Below, piece after piece: positions 1-13,804 of a DNA stretch of 64,000 bases. Origin of the DNA: Squalus acanthias (lineage: Eukaryota); NCBI GenBank assembly GCA_030390025.1, contig CM059432.1, forward strand, positions 116,934,001 through 116,998,000. Direction: 5' to 3'. Within the stretch, counting starts at the first letter, position 1; every line of letters starts with the position of its first letter. The position numbers and the translations under genes were made by a program. Below the pieces are notes generated by a model. The model had not been told where the DNA came from and made no database searches. It saw only the letters and a list, made by a program, of their open reading frames with translations.

Positions 1-14
1 AGCCTACACATGGT

Positions 15-574
15 GGCTCTGAATTTCCTGGGAATTTATGCCTGAGAGAGGGGGTAGGGGGAGGTGGAGTACGGGCTGGATTCCGCTCCATTTGATCGGA
101 CCATTAATTTGCGGTTGAGGGGGTTGTGGGTGGCTAATCTGTCTGCCCCTCCCCCAGTCAAGGAGGCATGTCGAGTCGAGTTCCCAGGCTGCTGAGACAT
201 TCCTTCCTTTACGCCCTTGAAAAGCAGAACTCACTCCTGTTGAGAACTGACGTGAGTCCCCTTGAGTACTTCTAAAGACTCCAAGCCCAGAGTGGATTGA
301 TCACCTTCTCTAGTTGGAGTGGCTCCAGTGTGAACCAAAGAGTTAAAAAAAAATTCTCCAGGCCATCTGAACCTTGGGGGAACTCCACTCATCTTGGAAG
401 GGTGGATCAGCTCAGGTCAAAATGGCTGCTGCTGATAGACTCTCGCAGGTGCTGGGGCTCTGTCCTGGCTATGCAAATGACTCTTTCCCCGGAATTTGGG
501 ACAGGGTCTCTGACTTCGGGCAAGGGCAGGTGAGTGTTCTGTCAGTGGACCAGAAGCCCAAGAATTTCCAGGCC
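15..574. mobile_element. Non-autonomous PIF/Harbinger-type MITE
   Basis: Imperfect TIRs GGCTCTGAATTTC / GAATTTCCAGGCC; 3-bp flanking duplication GGT (12-14, 575-577). Confidence 0.55.
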
Positions 575-2756
575 GGTAATTATATGTACAAACTCTGTTA
601 GTTACTCATGAATCCCATTTGAGTTTTGTCTTTTGAAATTTCGTAATTTGTGTGGTCTCTACTAATGATTTTTACAGACTTAAAGACATGTTGTAACCAT
701 TGTGCCAGGATAACATCCACTATCATATATAGTGGAGCAATAGGTTGTCTGGTCTACCGTATTAGAAGGAAGAGGGCTGATGTTCCAACAACATAAACAT
801 TCTTATATATAAATACCTTTAACTTAACAAAATAAAGGTCGAGGAAGCAGATGGCAGATCTGATGGAGAGCTGGGAAGAAGATCAGGGGGAAAACAAGAG
901 TATTGTGGAGCCAAGGCTGTTGTGGAGGAGACATGGAGGTCAGGGCTTGAGAGCATGAGCAGTGGGGCAGTGGGAGGCTCAGGCTGTCAAGCAGATAGTC
1001 TCAGTTTTGGAGCTGAAGAAATCCATGAGCTTCTCCCACCAGGTGGAGAAATGAGGATGGAAGAGACAGGAGAGGAAGGTAAAAGCAAGGAGTTTGTGGC
1101 TCTGTTCTGTTGCAGGAAGGTGAAAATAACATCTTAGTCTGCACTGGTGTAGGTGGCTGGAAAATATTTTCGTCGTTGCACAAACAAACTGTTTGTTGGA
1201 GAAAATTTCAGACCAGGGCTATTTTATGTCCCAGGCCTCATTAAAATGCTTCCGATCCATTTCTACCTGGAACGTGTGGGAAGTGGGTGGGAAACAGCTT
1301 CTGGGCTCTGGAAAATCGGGTGGCCCTTGGCTTAAAGCAACGTGTGCGTAAGGCGGCTCTGGGAGGGTCTCCTGGGATGGAGGGGGAGGGCGGGGGAAAC
1401 GTCCAGGACAGGGGAGGCTGCAAATTCCCTTGTGGGGCTTGGAGGAGCATTGGCAACAGCGACTTCCCTGCTCAGGCCTGAGTTAAAATTACAGCCAGAG
1501 CCCGATGGACATCATTGGACCCCTATCTGCATATTTAAAGAAGGACCCCGCTGGCTTTGGGCAGGGGACTGAGCCCCCCGCCCAGAAGCCTGAGTAAAAG
1601 TTACAGACGGCAGGTGGCTTTCCAGTGGGTAAGAAATCCAAGGAATCTTAACTGCATACCCGCTCGATTTCCGCTGGTTGGGTAGGGTTAAAAACCGGCC
1701 CGTGTCTGTGCTCGAGTTCCAGGGAAGCAGGACTGAAGAGGAAACGGATTGGTTGATGTGTGTACCAACTTCACGTAGCTAGCTACATCCCATACTTGGT
1801 TAAGCAGCAAGTAAAGCATGGGAAGATCTAAACAATGCTCTCAAATGTCCATCACATTCTGAAGTGTAATTACAAACATGCTGGGAGAATGGGAGAAAGG
1901 TCACACAGATTGATAGCAATAGCGCTGGCATCATTTTATTCAAACATTATGGCCTTGCCTGGCCCCAAGGACCTCATTATGCTCCTTCGCTTTATTTGAG
2001 AGAGAAAAATAACGACTGCACGGCCAGTAATGATATGCCCTCTAAAATACTGTTATTTGCTGTGTTATAGTTGAGATTTTTTTTTTTCCTTTGTGAGACA
2101 ATATTTTAGCTGGATTCTTAAGGGCAAATGGAGAATATTATTCAGCAGAGGTCAACATTTCAAAGTGAACTTTGTGCCGTGTATGAAATATTTTAAAGGG
2201 CAACATTATTTATGAACAGATTACTGTAGAATTTTAGGTGCAGGACTCCTGCAGCCTCTGTGATACCTTAACAAATGCTGACGACTGAATTTTGTTGGGG
2301 AGAATGAGTATATGTAGTATTTATCATTAATCATTCGGTGCCGTGGTGACAATGACCCCATTGCACTTCAGCGAATCCCCACCAAGTTTACTCACTTCTT
2401 TTTTTCTCTCTCTTTCCTACCTTTCTTCCTTTGCTTCCCCACTTCTTATTCTGTTCCAATTTCTTAACGCAGAAAACCCACTCTCCACTCCTTCATGCAA
2501 CATTGTCTTTGGGGGTCTGTCATTAACTATACATACTGTATAGTATAAGGGGAACATCCATTGTTTTCATTTACTACCTTCTGTGCCACTTCATTACCCC
2601 TTCATATTTGTCTGTCTGTTGGAATTATTCTTTGGGATCGATGATGCAGTCCCAGGTCAGTGGAATCAGACCCTGTGTACATGGTGAAGACGTGATGTGT
2701 TGGGAAAGGCTGAGGCTGGGCTGTTGGATTTCCACTGTCAGCAGCTCTTAAAGTAT

Positions 2757-3116
2757 GGGGGTACAGTTGCATAGTGGTCTTGTTACTGGACTAGTAATCC
2801 AGAAGCCTGGACTAATGATCCAGAGACGTGAGTTCAAATCCCATCACGGCAGCTGGGGAATTTAAATTCACTTAATTAAATAAAGCTAGTATCAGTAATG
2901 GCCATGAAACCGTCGGATTGTTGTAAAACCCATCCGGTTCACTAATGTCCTCTAGGGAAGGAAATCTGCCGTCCTTACCTGGTCTGGCTCATATGTGACT
3001 CCAGACCCACAGCAATGTGGTTGACTCTTAACTGCCCACTAGCAAGCTACTCAGTGATAACAAACCGTTACAAAGAAGACGGACTGCAGTGGTTCAAGAA
3101 GGCGGCTCACCACCAA
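2757..3116 (+). mobile_element. tRNA-derived SINE sharing 3' sequence with the LINE at 18520-19070
   Basis: A/B-box-like head (TAGTGG...GAGTTCAAATCCC); GACTGCAGTGGTTCAAGAAGGCGGCTCACCACCA at ~3082-3115 matches ~18956-18989. Confidence 0.65.
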
Positions 3117-3141
3117 CTAGGCCACCATGTTGGAACTCCTT

Positions 3142-3230
3142 ACAAAAGCAAAATACTGCAGATGCTGGAAATCTGAAATAAAAATAGAAAATACTCAATA
3201 CTCCGCAGGTCAGGCAGCATCTGTGGAGAA
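3142..3230 (-). mobile_element. Penelope-like element terminal fragment
   Basis: Reverse complement of the tail at ~6255-6340. Confidence 0.65.
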
Positions 3231-4385
3231 AGTGCTTTAATGACCTAACCAGGTCAGGAAAGGTGAGTACAGTGGCACATTCATCTACATCCTGCTGTGT
3301 GCATCACCCCACCACTCTCACTCTGCCTTCTCAAGCCTACTCCATCACATCCTATATTTTTAATAAGGGAAATCCCTTACTCTTACATTTCCTAACTAGT
3401 ATTTTGAGGAAGGAACGATAATAGCTGCATTCTTAAATAAGTACACAATTGGGAAATATAGATTTTTTTTTTAGGGCTTTCTAGTCAGGCACAGACACGA
3501 TGGGCCGGCTGGCCTCCTTCTGTGCTGTAAATTTCTATGATTCTATGATCACTCCTCACACCCACTTACCTTGCAGGTGCACCCATCCCTCTCTGTCTAT
3601 GCACTGCCTCACATCCCCATCTATCCATCCACCACTCCCACTCACCCTCATCCTTATGTAATGTCATGCCTCTCCCTGATAATCATCCTCACCAAATGCA
3701 CTCCATCCATCGGCTGAACACGCGCCATTACACTCACTCATAGGTCTGTACTTTCCCTCGTTGCAGGAAAGGAGTGCACCAGAACACTAGGGGGAGAGAG
3801 AGAGAACCAGTTGTGACCCTCCAACCATCATGCAACTAACATCTGCAGAGGAGGAGGCACTGGAGATCAGAGGAGTCTCGGCGTGCAATTAAATATCAGC
3901 CACTCACATGTCATACGGCACTCAGTCATGTTGACTTGATTTAAAAATAGCAGCTTCCGAAGCACTGTCAATTTCTCCAGTTTTAACCCCTCCCAAACCC
4001 ATGCGCTCCACCATGTTAAAATTCCCCTCATTGTGTACGGACAATTGTAATGTCGTAAACTGTTAGATTAATAGAAAGGCGTTGAACTTGCTTTGTTTAA
4101 ATATATAAATTCTTAATGCAATACTATGAAATTCCCGACCTGGAAAATGTAATCAACTTTGCTTCCAATTTCCACCCTTCCCTCGCCTTCACATGATCCA
4201 TCTCTGACTCTTCCCTTCTCTTCCTCGACTTCTCTGTCTCCATTTCTGGGGATAAGCGATCGACAAACATCCACTATAAGCCCACAGACTCCCACAGCTA
4301 CTTTGACTCCACTTCCTCCCACTCCGCTTCCTGTAAGACTCTATGCCATTCTCGCAGTTTCTCCATCTCTGTCACATCTGTTCTG

Positions 4386-5175
4386 TGTAAGACTCTAAAA
4401 ACCATAATAAAACTGCTGCTACCATGTGGAGATCAAAGTTCAGAACGAATTGTGAAATGGTTACGGACAGATTCAAAACGTAGGAAGTCAGCATGTGTTC
4501 TTTGTTTGTGAAGACACAAAATGGCGGAAGTCAGCAGGGGATCCTTTGCCTGGTGGTCAGCATAGTCCTTTGTTTGAAAGGCCACATGGACAGGAAGAAG
4601 ACACCATGTTGAAGAGGAAGTCCCGCCCCACACACCTCACAGGAACATGAACGTGTCATGCAGAAGGTACTCTAATCAGCGAAGGTTTGGAGTGAAACTG
4701 ACCAATCAGAGGGAGGCAGACAGTGATATACGAGGGAGACCGGCAGAAAGGCCCTATAACAGAAGTGACCCAGAGGCGGGAAATTCAGAAAACAGAAGGA
4801 ACAAAGATGACAGAAGTGGAAGAACAGACGAACAAAGTAAGCTGGCCAGTCTATGTTTCAACTTGCGACTTTCTGGACCAATCACCCAGAGCTAAAGGAG
4901 TATGTATAAAAGTCGGACATAGAGCTTAGATATTGTTAAAGGGTACTTTTATGTACGGTTGACTTGGGACATAAATCGCCTGGAGATAGCGTGTAAGTTG
5001 CTGGGAAGTACTTGTATGTACAGGTAAATTGGGAGCATATTGATTGCGATTGTACACTTGAATTTTGAACTATAGTGTGAATAAAGACCAATTTTATTGA
5101 TCACATATTTATCTGTCGTTGTTACGCTTATTCGTAATTCTCGAAGTCCGAACAGTAGTAAGAGAAAGGCTTAGA
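4386..5175 (+). mobile_element. Solo LTR, family B (790 bp)
   Basis: TGTAAG...CTTAGA (CTTACA in the sister copy); TSD TCTG; TATAAAA ~4905; AATAAA ~5080; homologous to 34165-34928. Confidence 0.85.
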
Positions 5176-6204
5176 TCTGACGATGCCACTTTCCATACTA
5201 GTGCTTCTGATATGTCTTCCTTTTTCCTCAACCGAGGATTCCCCTCTACCGTGGTTGACAGGGCCCTCAAACGTGTCCGTTCCATTTCCTACACTTCTGC
5301 TCTCACCCCTTCCCCTCCCTCCCAGAACCACGATAGGGTTCCCCTTGTCCTCACCTTCCACCCCACTAGCCTCCACATTCAACGGATCATCCTCTGCCAT
5401 TTCCGCCATTTCCACCAGCATGATCCTACCACCAAACACATCTTCCCCCTCCCCTCCCCTTTCAGCAATCTGAAGGGACCATTCCCTCCGAGACACCCTG
5501 GTCCACTCCTCAATCATCTCCAACATCACTTCCTTTCCCATGGCACCTTCTCGTGCAAGCGCAGGAGATGCAACACCTTCCCTTTTACCTCCTCCCTTCC
5601 CACTGTCCAGGGCCCCAAACAGTCCTTCCGGGTTAAACAGCAATTTACTTGTACTTCTTTCAATTTAGTATACTGTATTCGCTGCTCACGATGTGGCCTC
5701 CTCTACATTGGGGAGACCAAATGCAGATTGGGTGACCGCTTTGCGGAACACCTCCGTTCAGTCCACAAAGCATGACCCCGAGCTTCCGGTCGTCTGTCAC
5801 TTTAATTCTCTGCTCCACTCTGACCTTTCTGTCCTCGGCCTCCTACACTGTTCCAATGAAGCTCAATGTAAGCTCGAGGAACAGCACCTCATCTTTCGAT
5901 TATGCACTTTACAACCTTCTGGAATCAACATCGAGTTCAACAATTTCAGATCATAACCTCTGCCCCCATTTTTTCGGACGGTAGCTATTGAAGATTCTGC
6001 CATTCCCATTTACACCTTTTCTAGACCCATCTTTTTTTTTACTTGTCCCATTACCATCTCCTTTTGCCTTGCATCATCATCCCTTTTGTCATTTAATCTC
6101 TCCTGCCTTCCACCCTCTCACAGACCTTCCCTTTTTGTTCTTCCCTCCCCTCCATCTTTCCCTGCCTCTGCACTTGCTTAAAATCTGTTACATCTCTAAC
6201 TTTT

Positions 6205-6246
6205 TCCAGTTCTGACGAAAAGTCATCGACCTGAAACGTTAACTTT
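6205..6246 (+). ncRNA. Minimal hammerhead ribozyme in the Penelope terminal repeat
   Basis: AGTT-CTGACGA-stem II (AAGTC atc GACCT)-GAAA-CGTT-AACT: conserved core with stem I AGTT/AACT. Confidence 0.65.
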
Positions 6247-8845
6247 GTTTCTCTCTCCACAGATGCTGCCTGACCTCTTGAGTTTTTCCAGCATTTCCTG
6301 TTTTTATTTCAGATTTCCAGCATCGGTAGTATTTTGCTTTTGTATATTATATATGAAATTCCTTGTCTGCTATTCTAGTGGTGACTTTAACCCATTTTAT
6401 TTCCCCACTATCTCAACACCTGTGTTTAAAAAAAAAAAGTACCAAAGTAATTTTTAATGAATGCACTAAATATTTCTGTACAAATATTAGGCAAAGTAAG
6501 CTTGAGGCCAAAATGTCATTCTTAATTTCAGATAATTTTGATTACAGAAACAGTAAATATTCAACTTTAATTATGTGTTAACATTTATGTTTTAAGTTCA
6601 ACAGTTCAACCAAATCTAGAAATGGAGCTACATGACATTATCTGCTTAGCAACAGGAGAACAACCATTTATGGAGGTATTTACTTTTGGAATTGAGTTAT
6701 GTTGAAATGTTGTGCTTTAAAACAATTGGGGCAATTTTATCTTCAATCGCCCGGCAGGAAACTGACTGTATCAATCCCATCAGTTTCCTGCCATATGGTT
6801 TAAGTTAAAATTACATCCAAATTGAATGATTAAAAAGAAGGGCAACAAACCGTAGGCAATTGGAAAATGTGTATTAAATCCATACATTGAGACTGTTGCC
6901 CATGGCAATCAGGCACAATAGAGGCAAACACTCTCATCTAATGTGGTTGGAATGTCCTTCCCTAGCAAGCTTTCCCCGAAGCCAGTTTCAAAAGGAGTGG
7001 GGGGGCGGGGGGGGGAATAAGGTAGCAGACTTGATCAGCAGATTTTCTGGCCAACTAGTGGGCAGTGAAGGGGTTAGGGAGTCAAGCCCTAACTCTCTGT
7101 GGGACAGGAAACAAGAGAATAAAGACCACATGCAGTCAATTGGGTTTGAAAACAAAGGAACGGTGAGAGAACATTTTTACTAGGCTCAGAAGGAGAATGC
7201 AGGAGGGTAGTTCGGAGTTACTTTGTTCAAGTGCAGCAAGAGGTGGGTAGCAAAGCATGCTCATTATTTTGCATTGCTAGTCAGAGACAAGCTGTGCGGA
7301 CTGAATCAAGTTTGTCTGATCACAGCTGTTGCTTTGTATGTTTACTGGCTATAAATAAAGCAGCTTAGTGATTCATATCAGGTCTTGCCTTGCTAGGTGT
7401 TTTCTTACAGGAAGCTGGGTCCATTTAAGAGACAGTTGCCTGTAATATCTGTGGGGGTTCGTCTGATCTCCCACCATAACTTTGGCGGAAACCCTGGAGA
7501 AACGGCATAAATGGTTGATTGTGTAATTTCTCCGGGTTTTACGCCAAAGTTACACCGGGATGTTGGGGAAACCTATGAGGAAATTCTACCTGAGATAGAC
7601 GATTGTAGGACTGATGGTCTGGAATGGTGAAATGAAAGGGGCTGAAGGGCCGCCTTCATCTATTTTGTGATCTACTGAATACTAAACTGAAGATTCTTAG
7701 TTCAGCCCCTTTACATGAGTCGCTTAGTTTATCATCTAAAGTTTGAGCTGCTTAAGTGACTTCTGCTCCAGAATCACACAATTGACGTTTGACGAGGGAG
7801 AAATCATTACTTTTCTTAGGTCTATTGTTTCTATAGGCAACACAGCAATTGGTTGCTAAAAGAACACCAGTACATCCTCAGTCCACTAACACCAATTTAA
7901 ATATTAATTTGCTCCTCCAAAACTTAAAAATAATATTGCTCAAAGAAATCAATTAAAATTGTTTGCATTCAACTGTGTATCTATCTTCCACCTGTGATTA
8001 TGTTTAAATAAAACCCTTATTTATAAGTATTAATGTAATGATGAGACAAATAAGGTAGTACAGTCAACATAAGTAATGTAAGTGCTTGTTTAAGCTCTTG
8101 ATCCTGTGGTCTGTGTAAGGACGATCACTACTGTTCTAGTTAGTGCTCCTCACATCAAGGGTACTTTTGTGTCAGACGACCTTGACTGGAGCTGAGCTGA
8201 GACTCCGAGAGATTCCCTTCTCGCCATTGCAGCTTCATTCCTATATCCCAGCGGCGAGAGATCATGGCTTCAAAATAGCGCTATAACATGATTTGCCATC
8301 TGTTGCCGTTATCTGAACCCTTAGTGTGCATCATTGTCACTTCTTCACAGCCTGCTCATTTTTCCCTTGGTTTTTACTGTGAAGACACACATTGAGTGAA
8401 AGACAGCAATGGATATTTGTACAGTATTAACTGGGCTGCAAATTTTACCAGCAGATACAACCACCAATAGCTATTAATTTGTCTGGCAAATATGGGAATC
8501 AAAACTATGCGTTAACATTCACGAAAATAATACAAGATAACATGATTATGGTGCTACATTTTGCTAATCTTTGTAATAATCTTCATTAATAAAAGATTCT
8601 TCCCATATTTTTTGGTTACATAGCAACAATCACTGCATGCCAAATGTAGGAAGCATTTAGAAACATTTCAACAATGTGGCAAGATCCTGTATACAACACC
8701 AACTTCTATTTCTATAGCGCTCATTAAACTTAAAGCGAGATCTCAGACTGGGCGGTGGACAGTGAGGGAGGGAAAGAGTCCGCAAGGAGCAAAAGCTCCA
8801 TCGAAGAGAAGGTTTTTGAAGACAGGAAGGGAGGTGGCAAAGGGG

Positions 8846-11376
8846 TGTAGAATTCGCAAATTATCGCGATTTCGAAATAACGAGATAGAGACATAGGGGG
8901 AAAAATTCAGTCGCGCCCCGTTTGGGGCGCAAATATCGTCCGGGCGCAAAGATTAGCGCCTGGCGCTAATTATCGCCACTGACTGGAAACTTCACTTTTA
9001 ACGCCCCGGGAGGTGATTGGAGCGCTAAATCAGGCGCTGCACACCTGTCTTAAGGCGCAAAGGCCGAGGAGTGAGGCGCTAACTCAGAGCGCTGGCGAAG
9101 CTCATGTAATGTTAGTCAGCAATGGAACACACACACAATGGCACGGGCCAGTTCTTAAAGGGGATGGTTGATCTTGCTTTCCATCCACATCCTGCTCATT
9201 GCAGCCTTGAATCTCGGCCTGGAGAGACCTACACATCAAATCTGCTGGAAAGAACAATGGAGAGTACCAGGCAAAGGGCTCAGAGTGCAGCCCCCAGAGT
9301 CTCTTCTAAATCGATACAAGGAATGGCAAATCAAAATGAACCTGCAAAGTGCTGCTCAGTACCCAAAACTCCTTCACACAACGTTGAATCTCTCCAGAAG
9401 TTTCTCTCACTCTCTCTCAGAATGCGTAGTTCAAAAATGGCACCAACAATAAAAGGCAGGAAGCGGTCACCTTTAAATAGCGCTCCCCCTTTCGCTTCAT
9501 GACAGAAGAACGCTCCTATCAACCTGTCGTTGCTAGCGTCAGGCGGTAAGGCAGGGGGCGCCACTCAATATCCGCTCCGGGGCGATACCGGGGCGTTGCA
9601 CACTCGTCTGACGTCACGATCTGCCGGCGCAGGAGATCGTGGCGGTAGTGTTTAGCGGCGCCGCAAAATGTCTAGTTAATTTCGCGAGCGGCGCAAACTT
9701 CGCCGCGCCCGGTCGCTAGCTGCTTTGTGCCCCATTAGCGCCCTCTTAAGGCGCTAACGGGAGGCGCAACCAACTGAATTTTTCCCCCATACAGTTTCGT
9801 AAAAACAGCTTTATTTCAGCAAAATGCTGTCAGGTTTCAAAACGGACACAAGCAGCCTGTAAAATGGCCGCCACGCCTCGTGGCAGAAGGTTCTAGACTT
9901 TCAGTAGGCAGACAAGATGGCGTTTCAATAAACATTTCAGCAAGATCGGACAGGACTCAGCATATTGAGATAAGACAAGATGAGATCGTTTTGCATTTTA
10001 ACACCCAAGCAAGGAATATAAGTGCTGGAATCGGGTTTTCCATGCACAAATGAGAGCTATTGTACTGGGCAATCAAGGGGCCCATCCAAAGACATTGATA
10101 CGCAAATTCCCCACGGCTCTACGATGAGAGAGCCGTTCGCGGGTACTCACAGCAAGAATTCGGAGGCCGCCAAAACCCCTCCAGGGAGACTCCTAGCCGG
10201 TTCCACAAGGGGAGAAATATTAACGGGTACTCAGACAGTTACAAGTATCACCGAAACCCATTAACGACAAGTACCACCCCATACAAGAAGTTTGAGCGCC
10301 AAAACATGACAAATGATGAACATTAAGATTGGGCGGGAGATAAAGAATTACAGTACTATAACTGTAGTAAACAAACGTCCATCTTTCTCTTGATTCGACC
10401 CCTGGCTCTCGTTTGCGGCCCACCGAGCTCTTGGTCCGCTGATCTTCCGGGAGTCAACCTCGTGGCTTGCCGCGAAGATCTGTGAAGAGCTGGGCTGCGA
10501 AGGTCGGTAAGCGGGTACACCATCCCGAGGGTCGGTAGACGGTGTAGGGACCCGAAGGCCCGACGAGACGAAACAAGACAAGAAGAAGAAGAAGACGATT
10601 GCACGTGCTGCCGCGGTCAGTAAACCCCGACCGCGCCCGAACTATAAAGACCATTTACAGGTTACCACACGAATTCTACCGCCAACTGGTGTCGGTCCAG
10701 AAAGACTCTTCTTTGAATTCTACCGGCTAACTGGTGTCGGGCACAGGAAGACTCTTCTTTGAGTTTTATCAGAGTTCCGAGGTCAACACAGATCTTCATG
10801 ACAGCAGATGGTCCAGCCTGCTAGCCGGAGCAAAGCGAGTAAACAAGTGGGGTACAGAGACCCCTGATCAACACATGAATAGTCAGGCGCTGTGGCGAAA
10901 ACATCCGAGCAGCGTTTCGGAATTCTCTGAGTTATCACGAGTGGTGAGCATGAGTCTCGATCCTACAGATCTAGATTAGGACAGGTATTGATAGGGGAGG
11001 GTTTTTGTTTTAAGGATAATTATAATGTGTGTCCCCTTTTACGATGTGTCGTGCGCTCCTCGTTTCCCTAAACCTAGTTTCCTAAATGTATGTAAGCTTG
11101 TACTGTCATTAATCTGTGCTTATGACATGTATTTCATAATCTTGAACAATATGCAATTAAGATTTTCCATTTCGTACTATTCAACCGGGTCTACCTGAGT
11201 TTTCTCTGCATTACTGCTCTCGCACCTAAGTCCAGTGTCAGAACCGTAAGGGCGAGTGGGTCGAACCACTCACAGGTGTCTAGTGCTACCAGGCTGGCTG
11301 GAGACCAGAACAGGCAACGAGGCCTAACCCCGCACTAGCACCCAGCCTAAGCACAGAGCCACGCGAACCCCTTACA
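8846..11376 (+). mobile_element. Long solo LTR, family A (~1.63 kb net), interrupted by a Harbinger derivative
   Basis: TGTAG...CTTACA; TSD GGGG; TATAAA ~10644; homologous along its length to 52670-54319 (opposite strand); sits in an L2-like remnant. Confidence 0.85.
8896..9788 (+). mobile_element. 893-bp non-autonomous Harbinger deletion derivative, copy 1
   Basis: TIRs GGGGGAAAAATTCAG / CTGAATTTTTCCCCC; TSD ATA; both halves match the ends of 37147-45849. Confidence 0.92.
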
Positions 11377-11641
11377 GGGGAGATGCTGAGGGAGCAAATT
11401 TCAAAGGGTGGAGGAAGGTGGTTGAAGAAGTGGCCCTATAAATGCAAGAAGCTCTCTTTTGTTAGTGGTACAGGCAATACACAGATATACCCTGGATGTA
11501 AACCTCAGTTTAACTCATTCTATTTCCTTCTCCTGCTATTATTGTGATTATGATGTTATTTGGCCTTGTTCCACTAATGATGTTACGAGACTTTGAATAA
11601 GCTTTGGCCAATCTTGTTGACACATTTAAACTGAGGATATA

Positions 11642-13523
11642 AGCCCAGAATTTTTGCGATCCCATTTATGCCGAAATTACGGCATAATTTCTGCAGGTTT
11701 CTATGCCGATCTTGCCGACAGGAATTTACGCCCAAATTTCCTATGGAGCTCATTGGCTACACTGGAACACAGAAACCTGTATGAAACGAACACAAATGCA
11801 ATGTCATCAATAGGATCCCGAGGAAACATGAGCGGGACACTCTAAAAGTGTGGAACATATGCCATTCTTCAGAGTGAGTGAAGGCAAATGTCAGACTGCT
11901 TCTCTATTTACATTAAAAAAAAATATTCAGTGTTTCCAGTATCAGAACAGCATTTCCATTTTCACAAGAGTTGTCGACTGAGGAGAGCATGGGTTCCTTC
12001 ACAGGTATGTCTAGAAACCCTTTCCACAAGGCGAAATTGTGACGTGTGCAGCAGGCCATAATTATTCTTGCCCTCCTCTCTGGCATGTACTGCAGGACAT
12101 CCCTTGAGCTATCCAGGCACTTGAATCGACCTTGCAGGACCCCGATGGTCCTCTCCATCAGCTGCCTGGGCACCATTGTAATGTTCCTCTGCTGCATCGT
12201 GGGTCACATGGAATGGTGCCATTAGCCATCAGGAGGCAGGACGTTCCCCTCAGGATCCATCCGCCATTCATCTCTCCTCGCGGAATAACTGAGTAATGGC
12301 TGAAAGGTGCAGGATGAATGCATCGTGGCAGCTTCCCGCAGGCTGTGCGTTGACGTGCAATATCTGTTGCTGGGTGTCGCAGACAATCTGGACATTTAGT
12401 GAGTGGAGCCCCTTCCCGTTACTATCTGGGACAGGTTCCCTAGTTGGCAGCTTCAGCACCACATGCGTGCTGTCGATGCCACCTCCACCCGAGGGAAACC
12501 TGCGCGCCTGTAGAAGTGAATGGCCCTGTCATTCTGTGCCACTTGTGACATGTCATCACTGATGTAGTCAGGTGGCCTCCAGATAAGGGCATCTGCCACA
12601 TGGTGAATTCAGGCCCTTACAGCTCCCTGGCTGATATTGCACAGATCCCCCAGTGACTGACTGGAAGGATCCGGGAATTGTAAAAATTCAGGGCCGCGGT
12701 GTGACTGATTTACACTGATTTTATGCTGAAATATTGCCACGTGTGGGTTTCCTGGAATCTTTTGCGCCTTCATCTCTACCGACAACGCTCTGCGGGAAGT
12801 GCAACGTGGCTTGGGTCTTCCTGCAGAATGTCACATAGGTGGCTGATGGCTTCCTTCATGAATCGCAGCCTCCTGACACACAGCACCTTCCAAAGGTCTT
12901 GATACGATCTACTTGTGCATTCTCTAAGGGGTGGGGGGTAATAACGAGCGGGCTGCTGTCTTCTGCCATGGTGCCTCACTCCCAGAGCCTCTTGCCTCTG
13001 CCGCTCCTCTTTCTCTTCAATTATTATGCAAAAACAGTGACATGGCCATTGGGTAGGCCATTCCAACTGCTTAGTCCTTCTGAACGCATGCTTCCAAAAA
13101 ACCCGGGTGCACTAATACTGACAGTATTTTGGTTATGTATAGTGCAGGTCTCAGTAAGAATTAGAAATAAATAAATCACACAGAAAATCACTATCACCTT
13201 ACAGAAATAAAGCTAGAATGTTTGGGGACTCTTCCAATGCTGAAACTCCTCCGTTACGCCGATATCAGTGACTTCAGGCTGTGCAGCGCATAAATATGTG
13301 GGTGTATATCTATGCCAGCGCTTTACTGGCATAAAACGTATGCGAGCTGCTCTTTCTCATGGGGGCTGACATATCACGGAAGTGGTGCAAAAGATCCAGG
13401 AAACTTGCACGTAGTGATGTTTCAGCATAAAACCAGCGTAAATTAGTTACACGCAAGTTTCCTCGCTAAAAATGGGCACTAAGTTGCTTTTTACGTCAAA
13501 AATGACAAGGAAATTCCAGGCCT
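11642..13523 (-). mobile_element. Degraded PIF/Harbinger transposon (transposase pseudogene)
   Basis: Minus-strand remnants CVRRLRF, GLHSLNVQIVCD, GSCHDAFIL, ERTIGVLQGRFKCLD; TIR-like ends AGCCCAGAATTT / AAATTCCAGGCC. Confidence 0.8.
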
Positions 13524-13804
13524 TAAATTTGTTACCCTCTAGTAATACCAGATTCATATTTCCCCCCCCCCCCCCCACAAATTCTTTAACTATTGATTCT
13601 GCAGAATCCACAAGAGGGCATGAGAGATTTTTTGAATGAAACTAATTACTCAGAAAGTGCACAGGCAGTTGCTTAAATGTTAGTTGTTGGCCCTCTTTTT
13701 TCAGAACATTGGCAGGAACCCACGACTTTATATGGTATGTTTTCTGAACGTTTGGGCGCATTAACTAAAACTAGAAAATTAAAAAGTAATATAAGGGTTA
13801 AGTC

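Larger units (their letters stand above)
4135..6342 (+). mobile_element. 5'-truncated Penelope-like retroelement (RT C-terminus + GIY-YIG endonuclease), degraded and split by a solo LTR
   Basis: INFASNFHPSLAFT..FLDFSV..HYKPTDSHSY before 4385 continues as SDDATFH...RVPLVLTFHP...NLVYCIRCSRCGLLYIGET after 5176; frameshifts and stops present. Confidence 0.9.

Noticed and set aside
5119..5175. N-terminus of the 218-aa ORF
   Set aside because: Derived from the inserted LTR, fortuitously in frame with the Penelope ORF.
6728..7592. Strong hairpins at ~6745-6793 and ~7475-7555 as pre-miRNAs
   Set aside because: Bounded by GGGG.AATT-type Harbinger-like ends; more simply tiny palindromic MITEs.
9122..9502. 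126-aa ORF recurring at 23728-24108 and 32377-32748
   Set aside because: Conserved only because it lies in copies of the same deletion derivative; it crosses the deletion junction and is mostly promoter sequence.
10671..10765. ~44-bp tandem repeat resembling a CRISPR array
   Set aside because: About two units, no unique spacers, inside an LTR in a eukaryotic context.
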